A stretch of 63,997 nt of DNA, counting the filler, from Choristocarpus tenellus KU-1152 (lineage: Eukaryota > Protista > Phaeophyceae), in NCBI GenBank assembly GCA_964200185.2. It is 11 parts of 11 records of this genome, joined end to end, with 100 filler letters (N's around TTAATTAATTAA, not from the genome) between each part and the next. Parts side by side here need not be neighbours in the genome. Positions count along the whole stretch, not along the records: positions 45,967 to 56,917 come from CAXNAD020002607.1; positions 57,018 to 60,056 come from CAXNAD020022763.1; positions 60,157 to 63,997 come from CAXNAD020017621.1; 8 more parts are not named here. One strand, 5' to 3'. The notes under the pieces are model-generated. The model saw nothing but the letters and a program-made list of their open reading frames with translations, searched no databases and was not told the DNA's origin. Each line of letters begins with the position of its first letter. Positions within the stretch are counted from its first letter, which is position 1. The translations under genes and the position numbers were made by a program. Shown in pieces: positions 50,301 through 63,997 of the stretch.

Positions 50301-51339
50301 GGTGACCGTACGGTCATTACATCACGTCGGGGGGATCATGCCACTCAAAAAATAAAAAGAAATATGACTCACCTGAAGCGTCCATCAGTTACCGAGTGGT
50401 AGACTTGAATCTTTATTTTGACGGGGTTAAGTCATTTCATGATGATCAATAAATACACTTCATGAAAACGAGACATGATGTAACGAACAGCCTCCTCTAG
50501 CACACACGAGTGCTGATGTCCCCAACAATACGATCTCTTCATCACCGCATGCCCCCTCACACAAAAGTGGAGAGGTGAGAGATAAAATAATGTTGAATTA
50601 TTCATTTATCTAAACGTCCAACCAACGTGTAAGTAGTCTATTTACAAGGATTGGTATACCTGGTAAACACGATATGTAAAGTCAGAGGTGGCCGTGCACA
50701 GGTTAACTGAGATCTGTTACTACTAGCTATCGAAATCTCTCCACAAAATGAGAGATTACTCCCATCTATGACAATATGGCACACAAACGATTTGTCTAAA
50801 CTAGATGGTCAACCTATGTAAAGGATTGTGATAGCTAGTATGTGGGTAATAGGAGATCTGGGCCAAGACACATGAGTCATGAAAAAGGTTGATGAGGACC
50901 TGTACCAGGCATATATACCAAAATATTTTTGGTTAGACGATAGGTTATACTGCTACGGCAAAATGCACGATGTACATACTATGCAAAGGAATATGGTAAC
51001 AGCAAATACGAATTCTCAAGTCAACACGTGGGAGATAATCTGGTTATCCAATCCATTTACTACACGATAGGCTGCAATCATTTCGCGGCATTGTGGAATC
51101 TGTTTTATTCTTTTGTCAAGGTCATAAGAGAGTCCATAGCCACAAAGACAAAGACAATAAATAGCATTCGTGGACGAACGACGACCAGGAACAGGTCTAT
51201 GTCTAACAATGCTATCAGTAGTGTACTGGGTAATAACTGGTCGAGGGACTTGATGCTCTACGTCCAGCAATGGTAACGGTTTCCCCAGAAACAAATAACT
51301 CAATTAATTCAAATCTGGTGTGGGAGGTTTGACTTAAGG

Positions 51340-52110
51340 ATAATAACTTTTCATTCTACCCAGATTAACGGAAAATAGACGTGGGTTTCCAAGTCGTACG
51401 GCCCTGTATACGATCGGTGATACCTTAGAATGTACTTCATACAGACCCCTCCGAGAGTGAAGTAACTTCGGATTTGCACCATAAGTACTCTCATTTGACC
51501 TATGGACTAGAACTTTATCACCAGGTACGAGAATGGGGAACACGGTTGGCACGTTCTTCATTTTTAACATGTTCAAGAAGGTTATGGCGTGCCAACTCAT
51601 ATGCAAGCTACAAACTATCTTTGGTTTGCCGAATAATCTCTTCAGCAGTGGCATCTGAATCAGCATTAGACGAACCAAGGATAACATCAACAGGTAAACG
51701 AACTTTTCTTCCAAACAGAAGGAAAAACGGGTTTCATGCCACTTTGCACTGAGGGTTGTGTTACGGGCATACCACACGAAAGGGAGTATTGATGCCCAGT
51801 AATCTTCTGCAATAGAGATATACACTGTTAGCATAGAATGTAACGTAACATGTACTCTCTGAATCACACATGATTTCCTTGAGGGTGATACGGTGTGTTT
51901 TTGCTTTTGTTGTAACCAAAGAGATATTGTAACTCTGCAACGATACTGTTTTCCAATTCGTTTCCTTGATAGGAGTGTAACAACTCGAGTGGGTCGAAAA
52001 TGAAAATACACTTTGAAATAAAATCAAAGTTTTTTGTATTCCAATGTCCACTTGTGGAGCCTGTGTTGTGGAACACAGTTAGAGCTTCTCCTTCCCTGCG
52101 ACCACTCCCT
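51340..52110 (-). mobile_element. Ty3/Gypsy LTR retrotransposon integrase remnant
   Basis: Frameshifted peptides TPYHPQGN, QRVHVTLHSML, WASILPFVWYARNT, PFFLLFGRKVRLPVDVILG and PGDKVLV...PKL...GLYEV (degenerate GPY/F) correspond to the Gypsy integrase core and C-terminus. Confidence 0.85.
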
Positions 52111-53699
52111 TACCATGTCTTCACCCCGTCACACCCTACTCAAAACAACCCGTGGCAAGAGAGGTTTCAAATCCAACATGTTACGATGTGTCTGTTGAAA
52201 CTTGGTCAAGTTTTGTGGAGGGGAATCGTATGAGGCTCGTAAACTGTTGAAACCTGGGATTGAATTTATCGTGCTCTTGTACGGTGGCAGATTGTTATGA
52301 AGGAGTGTCGTAAGTGCTATGAAGCACCAGTGATTTCTGGCTGATGAACCTAGTGACATACTTTGCGCAGTCAAAGGATATTTGGTGTAGTGATACTGGT
52401 ATTCCTTGGTACATCCAAAGAAACAAGTTTGCATCGATACCTGGGACAATCCATATGGCACATACTATGTATGTTTGATAGATGTCGACTGTTCCATATT
52501 TGCTATGCAATATGGGGTTGTAACGGCAATGGATGATTATATGGTGTGGTACCAATGATGGAAATGTGAGTAACAACCAGACTATCGATGTGCGAATCAG
52601 CAGTCAGTATGAACTAGAAATACTGTATCGTATCCTGACACAAAACATGAGTATCGTGCTCACATCAAATCCTATCCTCCGTCCAGATCGGAATTACAAG
52701 GAACATTGACCAGGCGATGGGGATAGTGAATGCCACCTGCGGGAAAACATTAAGGGCACTGAAACACAACAAAGCTCCTACCAACAAACACATTCACAAT
52801 TCAAAACATAGAGGAATCATAGATGCGAAGACATCACTACACGTACGGATGCTGGTGTTACACTTAATCTGTACCCTACATAGATAGGCATGCATTTGTA
52901 CGGGCTGGATAAGGCACGCCTGAGAAGGGATCCTTTGTCACCGTAACGTTCCTATATTCCAGACTTCAGGTGGCCTGGACCTTGTCAAGATGTATTTCAG
53001 CCCATTGGCACCTCCAGTGATGCTCTTGTCAGGATGAGGACAAAAAAAGGCCCAGGTAGTGTTCTCCAATCATCCTCCACATAAATTTAACTGGAAGTGA
53101 CGAATTGGTATATGTCACCGTCTAGATAAGTGACAACACTAAACCCAGCAAAATGACTGCACTACCTGTAAGCCACCTATAATGAAGGAATGATACAAAT
53201 ATCAAAAACTTATCTTAATGCCCTTCATTCCTACATAATATCTGTTCATATCCTACACTCCACGACCGTATATCCTCCATACCTTCCATCAAATTATTTA
53301 AAATTTTCAGTGTAGTGTGTAATCATGTGTATGGACTATGATATTAGCCCATACTCTCATTCCTCGCCTAGACTTTGATCTTACCCATCCATACCCAACG
53401 TTACACTATTATTGATAATCCATCCCAATAATAGAGGTCTAGAAATATTTACGGGATTTTTTTTATAGGAGCAGGAAGCACAGAACAAGTTATGTGCACG
53501 TATATGTTGACACACCTTTCATAACCGTATACCGTATCTATTGCAAATTACTGTCAAGGAGAGAGTGTTTTGTTGCCTCCTGCTAGAGATGCTGTGTGGA
53601 ATAAGGTTACGGGTGCGAGGTTTACTGTTCTGACGACTGAATGGAGTATAGGGGAGGAATTCCCCTATAGTTTGGGAAGATCGCTGGGCTTCAAGAATT

Positions 53700-56600
53700 T
53701 AGGTAGGACACCCGCTTCTAGCGTGGCTTGTGCGTTGACGTAATATTCCTGGAGTGCCTTGCTATGGCTATGGAACCTGACTCTGGAGACACCTTAGTGG
53801 GCATTTCTCAGAGGCATCAAGCAGCGGAGTTGTACGAAGAAGATGTCCATTGCTGCGGCACAAAAGAGAGATCTCGGAGATGGTTTAACAACGGAGACTG
53901 CCCCGGAATAGTGATGGCGTGCTTTGCGTGGTGAGTCTTGTCACGGTTTGGCGAAAGGTTTGTTGGCATCATGTGCAAGGAGCGCTTATTGGACGAGGGC
54001 GTGGGTCCTTCGCAGTTGGCTATCATAGTCGTGCTGAAAGTCTTGTTTTATACCTCCTCATCTGTTGGGCGAATGGATAGAGAGCTGTAGTAGGTACTCT
54101 TGTTGCTCGACAAATACCGCAGTTTCTTGACAGTCGCTATTTCCTCTCAGTAACATAGCTTAAACTTTTCACCAAGGGTCTTAGCTATTTCTGGTCATCA
54201 GAGCGTTCTTGTGCCAAAAGACCTGTACTCTTGTTCCTCGACAAATACCGCAGTATCTTGACTGTCTCTATTCTCTCTCAGCAATGTAGCCTAAACTTTT
54301 GTACCAAGGGCCTTATCTCTTTTTGGTCATCACAGCATTCTCGTGCCAAACGTCCTTGGGCATTGTAAGCCGCTGTGGTCGAACATTTTTGTGAATCGGA
54401 CAGCATGATCTTGTTGGAGATTGTAACCTGTCACCCTTTATTGCCTTGGACTTCCTCAAATGGAAGCTTGAGTCATTATTTTCAGTTGGACCATCCCGAA
54501 TGTCTGTTATGCAGATGTAACCAACCGTAATTATGATAACCAACAATGATATTTTAAGGCATTCAACTGACAATCAGTGCCTGAAGCATGGTGTCCAATG
54601 TATTTTCATCTTACTCTGGTTTCGTTGGTTTCGACTTGACACTTGACCTCTACTTATCTCGAGGGCTCTTGTTGACCTCTCTCTTAAGACAAATAAAAAT
54701 TCTCCAATACGGTTTGGGAGCCGCATTTTGATTCTCATTGCTCTTTCAGAACACCTGACATGTCCTCCACGGTAAAGGTAACGAAATGGGAGAGTGCGAT
54801 GTACTCTAGATTCGTATGAAGCAATTGACTCAGTCTGCTTTCTTTGATGTCAGGGTAACTGTGATGGGAAAAGGAACGATTTGAACAGGGGTGGAGCTCC
54901 GGCCTACATATCGATAGCGCTCTGGTATATGTGTCAATACGTTTCAAGTCTTGATGTTGGTCTTAATTTTGATTCTTGTCTCGAGAAGTCAGAACTTAGA
55001 CCACCTGTGCTTTGAGGTCCATATTGCGATCTTGAGTGTCCATGAAAGTCTGTGCTATGCCCCAACAGCACTGGGTACGAGGAATGCTCATTGCAAGATG
55101 TCTTGCTTCCATGCGGCTTAAGAGAGTAATGTCACAACTTCTTCTGGTAGATTTAACTACTGAGTGGCATGAAACGGCTTGGACTGTTTCAGTATGATAC
55201 ACTACTCCTGCACTTAATTGAATACTTTTGGGGTGCAGTTGCTTCACCATGAACTACTTGCAAGTACTGCGGTGCAGATATCTCTCTGGCCAACCCCATG
55301 ACCTACTTAAGAAGTTACACGTTGCCAAGACTTGGCAAACTCCCTCCACAATTTATTGGTCGATCTATTGATTGATATGGTTAGCCTCCTGTATCTAGGA
55401 ACTAATATTCGGGAAATGTGAAGGCAGAGACGAAGCGATAGATAGAGGGTGTTGATCCACGGGGGCGTGGGAAAATATGTAGGAGTTCCAGAAGCTAAGT
55501 GTCCATTGAAGTGAATCGCTTGCAGAGTGGCTCGATGCTCATTCGATTTGTCTAAATTTATTAAATGTTTTGAGGAATGGATTGGCGATTGTTCAGTAGA
55601 AGCTAAGCGTTTATCCCTAATTTACGGGCTGAAGTAGGCAGAAGTGGAAGGACACAGCCCTCACAAGGATATGTCAACAACTGTCGTTATCCATGGAATT
55701 GGCATGTCGCACTCGCACTCATTCTAAAGACTGGAGACTTGATCGGTGCAAAGCTTGTACAGCAAAGGTACCACAGAATACAAGCGCTGAGATCCACAGC
55801 AAAATGTATAGCTTGTGCATTTCTATTTTGTGTCTGTTTCTCAGGAGGGTGGGGCTCTTTGTCTAGTTGGTCTGTTGATGATGTCAGTGAAGGCCATTTT
55901 TTTGACTGATTTTTTAGTTTTGGTTGAAGGGAGGGGGAGTAGGGAGTCCCTGTGTCTCCATCCCAAAGATAGATGTATCCCCACTGGTACACCCTTAACA
56001 CTGGTATCAAGATTCGGTGGGGTATTACTTTTTGTGCTTGAATGTGCCCAGGTAAATCCAGTATGTAGATATGCTCTGATTATTATGGCAGACAGATGAT
56101 GCTATGTTGAATATTTTCTGTTTCCAGGATTCGGTTGTGGGGGACTCTGTTTCACCTTTCCTCAGCGTTTTCAAGAGTCAAGTTGCAAAGTCTCTCGCAG
56201 AAATATGTCTGAATCAGCCTATTCTATAGTGTCAATCCAGACCGTTTTTGCCATCCTTTTGTCCTTTCTGCATATTTTAGTTTGAAACTATATTGTTATC
56301 TTCTGCTCTCTCTCCTCATCCTGTCAAATCAGGGCTGTTTTTGCTGACCTTTTTTTTGTTTACTCTTTGGATTTTCTTCGTGAAGAGGTGTGATGCACTT
56401 TTTCCAATATATGTATTTTTCTAGCTGAAGAGTTGCTGCTTCCTCTTTTTTGTAATGTTCCTGTTGACAGGATTGTGCGGATGGCGGGTTTGAACTACTT
56501 AGAGAATGAATCAATATTGTTCGTGCGTTCGTTTTGAAATATGTCTATTTTATTATTATAGCAGACACGCTTGTGCGAATGACTAATTTACGGATTGTGT

Positions 56601-56900
56601 AAAAGATATTTCAATTGCATTTTTTCATTTTGCAATGTACAAGATGCCTTACGAACATTTTCTGTTTTTTGAGGGTAAGAAACTTCCCTGATCAATTGAT
56701 GCTAGCTATATTTGATCTAACCCGTAATGGTGAGAGTGCAAGCTGTTGATGTTTTCCGCATGAAGTATGGTCCTTCCAGTGTAAAGTATTATTGCCTTCT
56801 TTTTCTGGAAGAAATGTTCCTGATTTGGTTGATGCTATCTCAGATTGCTTCTCCATGCATCTGGAAGCTGGGTCACCTCATGTCAACGACGAGTCTGTTA
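53700..56900 (-). mobile_element. Possible degenerate LINE remnant(s)
   Basis: Only weak fragments are visible (FTVEDMSGVL; KNVRP...DVWH). It includes a ~130-bp tandem duplication at 54093-54355. Confidence 0.3.
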
Positions 56901-59900
56901 ATGAAGTCCCCCCAGATNNNNNNNNNNNNNNNNNNNNNNNNNNNNNNNNNNNNNNNNNNNNTTAATTAATTAANNNNNNNNNNNNNNNNNNNNNNNNNNN
57001 NNNNNNNNNNNNNNNNNCGATTTTTGGGTGATTTGGTTGCATACGTCGGATGGATAATATAAGTCCACCCAAGCCTTGAAGACTCCGTAATTGAATCCCT
57101 TGCGGGGGGTTTGAAACACTCCTAACAGTATTTGTTTTAATGACACGAACAGATAAATCGATCTTCAGCACCTGCTCAATTCCACCAAAACTAACTGTGG
57201 ATGGTGTGTGTGTAGACAACAAGAAACCTTTCACAAACCATGTGGAACCAATGTGAAAAGGGCTATAGCATTCCTTCCCTTGGGACTGCGGGGGGATTGG
57301 ACATGCGCGTATGCTTGGTAGTAAATGAACCAGTGGTTGCGACTCCGACGCACTTCTCAAGTTTCATCTGTTGTTCAGGGTCAGGACTTGAATCTCGACA
57401 TTTAGATGGATGCAAAGTATGATTTCTTGCAAAGCTCTACATAAGAACCTGTCAGGTCAAGGATGATCAGAGTGTGACGAACAAGTGAATCTTGTTGCAC
57501 AACGTTGAACATTGCTCCCCCGTTTTCTTTCATAAGTATTTTTTATTATTGTTGAAATAAACTGTGAAGAACATTATTCTTCTGAAAAAAATGTTCTTCT
57601 GAAAAAAATATTCTTCCGCCAACTTGCGAGTACTTCACGAATACCTGCACACTTGACCTCATCGACCGCACACACAACAGAGATGTCATGCATACGACTC
57701 AACACAGAAAGATTAGAGGCAAAGGAGGCCACAATCACACTGACTTACTTACACCTCAGACATTGAATATATTCACGAAAGGATTGTAGAGCAATGAGAG
57801 ATCCCACAACAGCAAAACTCATCCAGGGTCAGAAGGGTCGTTGACATGACCCAACATCAGCCGAAAACCATGCAGCCACTTGTACAGATGAATTTCGGAC
57901 CAAACACCCTTCCGAACTATTCCCACTACTGCCTCCTATTAGGGATACCATCTTCTATTGTTCCCATGTGTACGACTTTGTGATGCGATGCTCTTATTGC
58001 ACCAGCCAAGCTCCCTCACCTAGCAGGCATTTTTCGACTTGACGCCAGACCCATCCACAGAACCCACTCCCCCAGCCTAACCTCCGTCTATGCCCATTTG
58101 GTGCAGTGATTATTCGTGGTCGACTCAGGCGGCCCTAGGGACCGGCTGGTAGCAGCACTGATCATTCTCATAGACACACGACACACTTTTGAATCTGCTT
58201 CTCCCGTCTTTTCCCCATGAACTCTACTCCACGCATCCATTTGGTGGCAAGGCCACAAAACAAAACAATGCCGCACCCCTCTCTAATCTGGAAGTCGTCC
58301 TGCCTTCTCCAAACAAAATGCTGTTGACATCCTCAACCGAAACGGAATCACCCCCGTTCTTCAGCTCAGAAAAGAGTGCAAGTACTTTTTTCGACATACT
58401 TATTTCAACTACGCCGAGAGCACTGTCATTTTTTCCCCTCTTCAATGCAATCGATCGTCCTTCTGAGGTCCCAGAGTAAACGAGAGGTACTCAGAGTTGA
58501 TTGACAAAATGAAACGTGTGCAAAATTTGACCTATTTTTTTCTTAGAAATATCATTTTTCTTCTTACAAGTACCTCTTCTTGGTTGGAACTCTCCCTGTC
58601 AATTCCGAAGAAAATTTTCCGAACAACAGAAAAGAAACCAATAATCTCAATCAAGTCTATAACCTAGCGATTCATCCTTGGAAATAAGGGCGAACTGCAA
58701 GAGGTTGAAAAAACTGAATTCATCTTGAATACTTCAGCTCTCTGTCTGTCGCACTGCTGAGACAAACTTGAGTAAACATATAACATACAACACACACAAC
58801 ACACATAACACACATCTAACGTACAATACAAACGTTCACAGAATAAAACGAGTTCACTCCTCATTTTACAAGCTGTACGAACAGGCAGGTCAGTTGTTGC
58901 ACCTCCCATTCAGTCCATATGCACGTACTCAAAATATCTCAGTGAGATTCTACCCAAGGTCGAGGAGTTGATCCCCTCAGGGGTGTGTTGCTCGCAAGCT
59001 ACTGACTGGGGTATCGCAACCTCTGTGGAAAGGACCGTTTCGGCAGTTACATGGCAAAAAAAAAAAGGATGTATAACCAGAGGCGCTTTCTGTCATCCCC
59101 CACGATCTGCATGAAACGCATCCCATCTGTGTATAGCTGCTGCCAGACGGTAGAGCTCAATCTCTGGGGCAAGCACCTGCCAAAGGAGCAGGGCCAGAGG
59201 GATACTCAACACAGGTCAATCAGTAGATGAGCAGTTTCGCAGTCTGATTTTTTTTAAATAATAAAAAATAAACTCCTCTTCCCGACCGAACCAGGGTTGG
59301 GGTGCACAGTGCTCCTTCCGACTCGGGTCACATATTTCAGACTGCATAAATAAAATAATAAATCGACATCGGTCGTGCGTAGTCCCCTCTGCAAAATGCA
59401 TGTGATAAAGAGAGTAGGAAGGCGAGAGGGTAGAATGACATCACGAAGCAGACTGGGATACCTAGGGTCTCCACACACACGGAGATTAGGGTGAAACGAT
59501 CGATGTTTCGAAGTTCTCATGGTGAAACAAACAAACGTTGACTGTATCATGGAAAGAGAGGGTCTGCTGTATTGAGATACGATAAAATAAAAAAAATTCT
59601 GCTTGGGGTGCTCTTACTTCTAGGGCTAACACAGGGCAAGGGTGCTCAGCACTGTCTCCCTAGCATTACACTCAGAAAAAAAGAGGGCCTCAGAGAACGT
59701 TCCAAGAAAAGGCGCAACTGGCATCAAAGCAACAGTTGAGGGCTGAACTCTTTCAGCCCAACAGAGAGCAACACTAACTAAGAAGCCCACAAAGAGGCCC
59801 TGCTCAATCAACGTGTTACTTCTGGGCGACAACCCTGCTTCACCTAGGCATCCACGGCAACCGTCATAACATTGAGAAGGCAGTTGAGGGCAATGCAATA

Positions 59901-60169
59901 GAGCATTGAGAAGAAACATTAAAAAAAAAAAGTTAAGCCTATCAAATTACAATAATACTGGGTAGCAAGAACCTAAAAAGGTATATACCCTGCCATTTCC
60001 ACTCTACTATACTCAAGCAGTCACACAGGAAACAGGCATTGATTCGTACCCCCCCCNNNNNNNNNNNNNNNNNNNNNNNNNNNNNNNNNNNNNNNNNNNN
60101 TTAATTAATTAANNNNNNNNNNNNNNNNNNNNNNNNNNNNNNNNNNNNNNNNNNNNGTCGCTGTTTTTT

Positions 60170-60342
60170 TGGGGGGGGGGGGGGTGGCAGCTGTCTATTC
60201 AAGGCCCATTTTTCCATGTCGTGATTGTTGGGTGATTTGGTTGCATGCGTCGGGTGAATAATGGAAGTGCACTTCTCCTGGTCAGGCCCCGAATGGGCAC
60301 TCTGGTGTAACCCCCCCCCGCCGCCTCCAGATACTTTGAGCC
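60170..60342. mobile_element. MITE family B, left TIR truncated
   Basis: gggtggcagctgtc...gtgcactt...cactctggt...ccagatactttgagcc aligns with the 18705 copy. Confidence 0.8.
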
Positions 60343-63249
60343 AATACGATAGCTACAGGGTAAAAATACTTGAAAAATCCAACAATGGATGGCGTTTTGA
60401 TTTATTTAGTCATGTGGTACGATCTAAAGTGACAAACGTTGGATTTTTCACATTAAAAAAAATCCTGGAAATGGTGTATTTCAATGACTCGTACAATATT
60501 GAGTGAATTCTAGCTGATGGGGGAAAAAAATACAATATTTGAATCTCATCATGGTGTTGTGAACAAGGGAGAGATCGATTGGCCAAAAAACGGAACACTT
60601 CTACCGTATGAGTTACAGTTTTGTATCGCAGGGTAAGGCCTGCCTCATCATACAAACCAAAATCGACCAACATCCTGTGGGTATGTCCAAATTTGCTCTC
60701 TGTTGTTTGACACCATAGAGAGGCAAAAACCCGGCTAACTCACAAAATCAAGAAGGGAACATACTCTTTGGTGGACCAAGCCGTACCTGTCCAACTATAC
60801 TACAGAGTAGGCACATCATCCAGTCCGAAAGGGGGTGGTAGGGGGGATGACACTTTCTTATTGAAATCATTGTGCCAAGCAGGAGTTCAGCTACTTCCCT
60901 TGATTCAACACATCTGTATCATGATATTGGAAGTCAAGGTGAAAGCTCTGAATGCAAATATCGTGTGTTGATGGACAATAGACTGTTCGGTTGTGTGTGC
61001 AGGTCCTCCTCCATACTAACAAGTATATAGACTTTCCCATCCTTGGATGCATCATTTGCATAACCCCTCAACACCTTACCCCCTCTCTAGATGGTCAGTC
61101 AGGGTTCAGGTAGAGGATAATAGGCCGAGGGGTGTCTTCTCACTCCTGTTCTATCATTGAAGGGTGCGATAGAACGTTTGTTAAACAAGCAAGCCTTTCA
61201 AAAATCCGTAAATGAACGTTTACAAACTTGAGTGACATAGCTCCTGTTGGCATCCTAATATACTTCGTGAACATTCTGGGACTTTATCAGCAGCAGCTTG
61301 TACGTGTCTTGTCATTGCCAGAACCTTCCCCCCCTCCTCCCTTCCTAGATTGCAAAAGGTTCAATACGGAGATAACAGACTGAGGGTATCCTTTCACTCC
61401 TTTCCTGGTTGCTCAAGATTGTAGGAACATAGTTGATATTGTTCCTGGTGACAGAGAGAGGCATGCAGTATCACATCGACAAGAACCTACATTCAGGTGT
61501 CCCTTACTATGCACATGCACCCCTTTCAGAGATCTTTCCGTGCGGTAAATTATGCTTACCATACCTGTGTAAACTATACGACAAATTCAAAACCAATGGC
61601 AGCAGCGGCACGTTTCACACCAGGTTCGCAAGTGAAAGGGAAACAGAAGCTCCCATACCTAAACTCTCTCGAATTACAGGAACCATCAATGGACGCACGA
61701 ACACGTCGAAGGAAGGACTTCTCATGGAATCATTTGTACATGCATAGATTTTTGACCCCAGAGCTAATTGCCACTACCAAATGCACAAGATCAATTTATC
61801 CGTATATGATGTGCAACACCCCACCTATACTCACGGACTGAGTATGCGAGGCACCCCCTGCCTGACCCAAAGTCACCACCAAATCGAGAGGTATCCCCTT
61901 TCCGAGGAATCCTCCGTTCAATCCCGAAGCTACCGTGTGGTGCTTGGTTCGTGCCATTGGAAGGAATCCAGTGATTGCTCTATGCTGGCAACCATGAACG
62001 CCATCCAATCGACTTCGAGGACACCTGGTCGGTGGTAGTATTCTAGTTTCTGGGTACGTGTATTGGATGAAAGGTGGTATTGTGGTATTTGAGCATGACC
62101 AAGAGGCGTGGGTCATCAATATATTTCACAGTCATATATCTGTAACACTAATTCCTCAATGGTCAAGAGGGACAGTCAGACTGGGCCAATGAGCGCCGTC
62201 ACTTTGAAGGTTGATACATCGAACATGAGCTACGCTATCTTTGTCATGAAAAACGAGGGTGATACGCAAGGTCAACAATAGGAGCCCCCTTAAATCACAC
62301 AGGTGTCCATAAAGCGCTGACAGAGTTGCAAAGTCACAAAAATGACACACAGACCTCTAGCGTTTGACTTGAACATGCATGACCCCGTCCTCACCGAACG
62401 ATGCAATTTTGCATAGAGGAGCTGACTCCTGCGGTAATAGAAGCATTTGCCTTAGGCGAGGACACAAGCAGGATCAACCACTGCGCTCGCATAACTAAGT
62501 AACTTCCCACTCTCCTTGAAGGAGGGAGTACTGGTTGGAAGGAATGAGATATTTGAAGAATACCACCACTTTGAATTTTGTCATGTTATTGGTCAAAAGA
62601 TATATTTGATATTATGTAAACATTTCTTTTGCTTTGCGTAAGTTCAACCAGCTTGTCATCTGTTCCTACTCATCCACCACTAACCTGTAGGTTATGATGA
62701 AACCGAGGCAAGAAAGCGCACCCACTACGAGGTTTCTCCTGGCCCTGGTAGCTTTAGTCTCAACACATTCGCAATGGAAAGTTTTGGGTTCCATGGTGAG
62801 CACCCAGGAAATTTTCTGGATTGAGCTGACTACACATACAGTATACAGTAGGGGTCAGAAGAGTGGGAGGATATAGTAGGAAAGAAGATATCTAGGCCCG
62901 TTTACGACAAGTAGTGTCCGTCACTGCAAAAGTGACTCTCTCGTGCTGTGTGTTGCATTTCAAGCTAGAGACACCAGGCAGATCGGCAAGAAGGGGCCTA
63001 TCATATTCTTTGGATCCTTCCCTACCTCCTCGCCAAACTTTGTAGGGTTAAGCAGGTTAGATGCATAGCAGCAGTGTACATATTACATTACCAATCTTTA
63101 AGGGAGGACTGTTGTATGCTAGTGTTCAAATGATAAATCATTTCGAAGAGTGTGCATCATCATGCCTTCATTGAGACCCTCCCAGATGTCCTTCTAGAGT
63201 TCCCTATACCTCTAACGTTTTCGGCGGTTCGCTAGATCTACTCTTTCTC

Positions 63250-63960
63250 TTCGAACGGGGTCAAAATTGTATGGTCTAGGTCGTGAGCCAAGCAGGGTAA
63301 ACCAATAACCCCCCTCCTCCTGTTCTCCACCTCCAAGGTACTCAAGAAAGTCCAGATCAGTTTTTAGACCCCAAGGGATCTCAACCAGACGTTATGTGCG
63401 TCATTTGTCCCTCCCTTTCCGTAGGATCGTTTCTGCAACCATGGAGGCTTTCTCCCAACTCAGGAAAGACCTACAGAGGGTGAGAATTCCTTAAATGTAG
63501 ACCCCCCTTCAAGGGCTACAAGACCCTCGGGTCTGAGCTAGATCTCCTAGCCACAGGAGGCATCAACCTGGTTCCAAACACTGATGGTTTGTAGCCCTTG
63601 GCACTCCCGTTCGCGCAGACGTTTTTGTCTGATGGAGTTGAGGAGAGAACTCTAGGCCACGAGATCTTGCCAAGCACACCACAGAATCGGAGGACAAATA
63701 ATTTGCACGGCTCCTTCAATGCCTGGCCCCTCTCCCCCCGCCCCAGCTAGTTGGTCAGTGTCACCCCCCAGTACTAGCGAGCACAATCGTGCAACAGGGG
63801 GACAATACTTCTCTCTGGGCCCTGGCGAGGATCATGAAAGTCGCTGGCTCGTGTGAGGCCACGGATGTTTTTTGAGGAGGGCATACCAGTAGATCTCTGA
63901 ACCCGGAGACATATCAACTGGTACGAGCGCAGATACTGACCAGAGCAGCAGTTTAGGTCT
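63250..63960 (-). mobile_element. Possible DIRS-like RT/RNase H remnant
   Basis: Weak fragments only (ASDF...GPRE..PP...VLGGDTD; SWPR; LKTDLDFL). Confidence 0.3.
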
Positions 63961-63997
63961 CTCTTCCATGATCCAACTGGGTCAAAGTATCTGAGGG

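Noticed and set aside
51334-52011. 225-aa ORF as a functional gene
   Set aside because: It is a mosaic of in-frame and out-of-frame pieces of a frameshifted Gypsy integrase.
53647-53669. Hairpin tatagggga-ggaat-tcccctata as a terminator or Helitron end
   Set aside because: A single 9-bp stem is expected by chance in 64 kb, and there is no supporting context.
58088-58479. Coding-looking minus-strand stretch (KRGKNDSALGVVEIS...)
   Set aside because: No recognisable domain and no consistent exon chain; it may be a decayed element.

Overview
This is eukaryotic, intron-rich DNA, most probably from a brown alga (Phaeophyceae), because it carries a brown-algal-type mannuronan C5-epimerase. It is not one locus: ten identical 100-bp spacers (N44-TTAATTAATTAA-N44) join 11 short, probably unrelated contigs, so neighbourhood across spacers has no meaning. 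Manual splicing recovers parts of five apparently intact genes: a bacterial-type RecN (- strand), the DEAH helicase DHX37/Dhr1, a ZRANB3-like HNH nuclease C-terminus, a LUC7 U1-snRNP protein and a Patched/NPC1 sterol-sensing-domain protein. It also recovers a multiply disrupted mannuronan C5-epimerase pseudogene. The rest contains two related MITE families (one with GAG..CTC ends and 4-bp TSDs, Sola2-like), other foldback elements, decayed LINE, Gypsy and DIRS-like remnants, a 23-bp minisatellite and many short interstitial (CCCTAA)n tracts. The most interesting observations are telomere-type repeats overwriting a MITE copy and lying at splice signals, a candidate poison or alternative terminal exon in LUC7, the spliced RecN, and the decaying epimerase. 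I found no prokaryote-style novel system such as a CRISPR array, operon or defence island. All family assignments come from motif recognition by eye, not from database searches.
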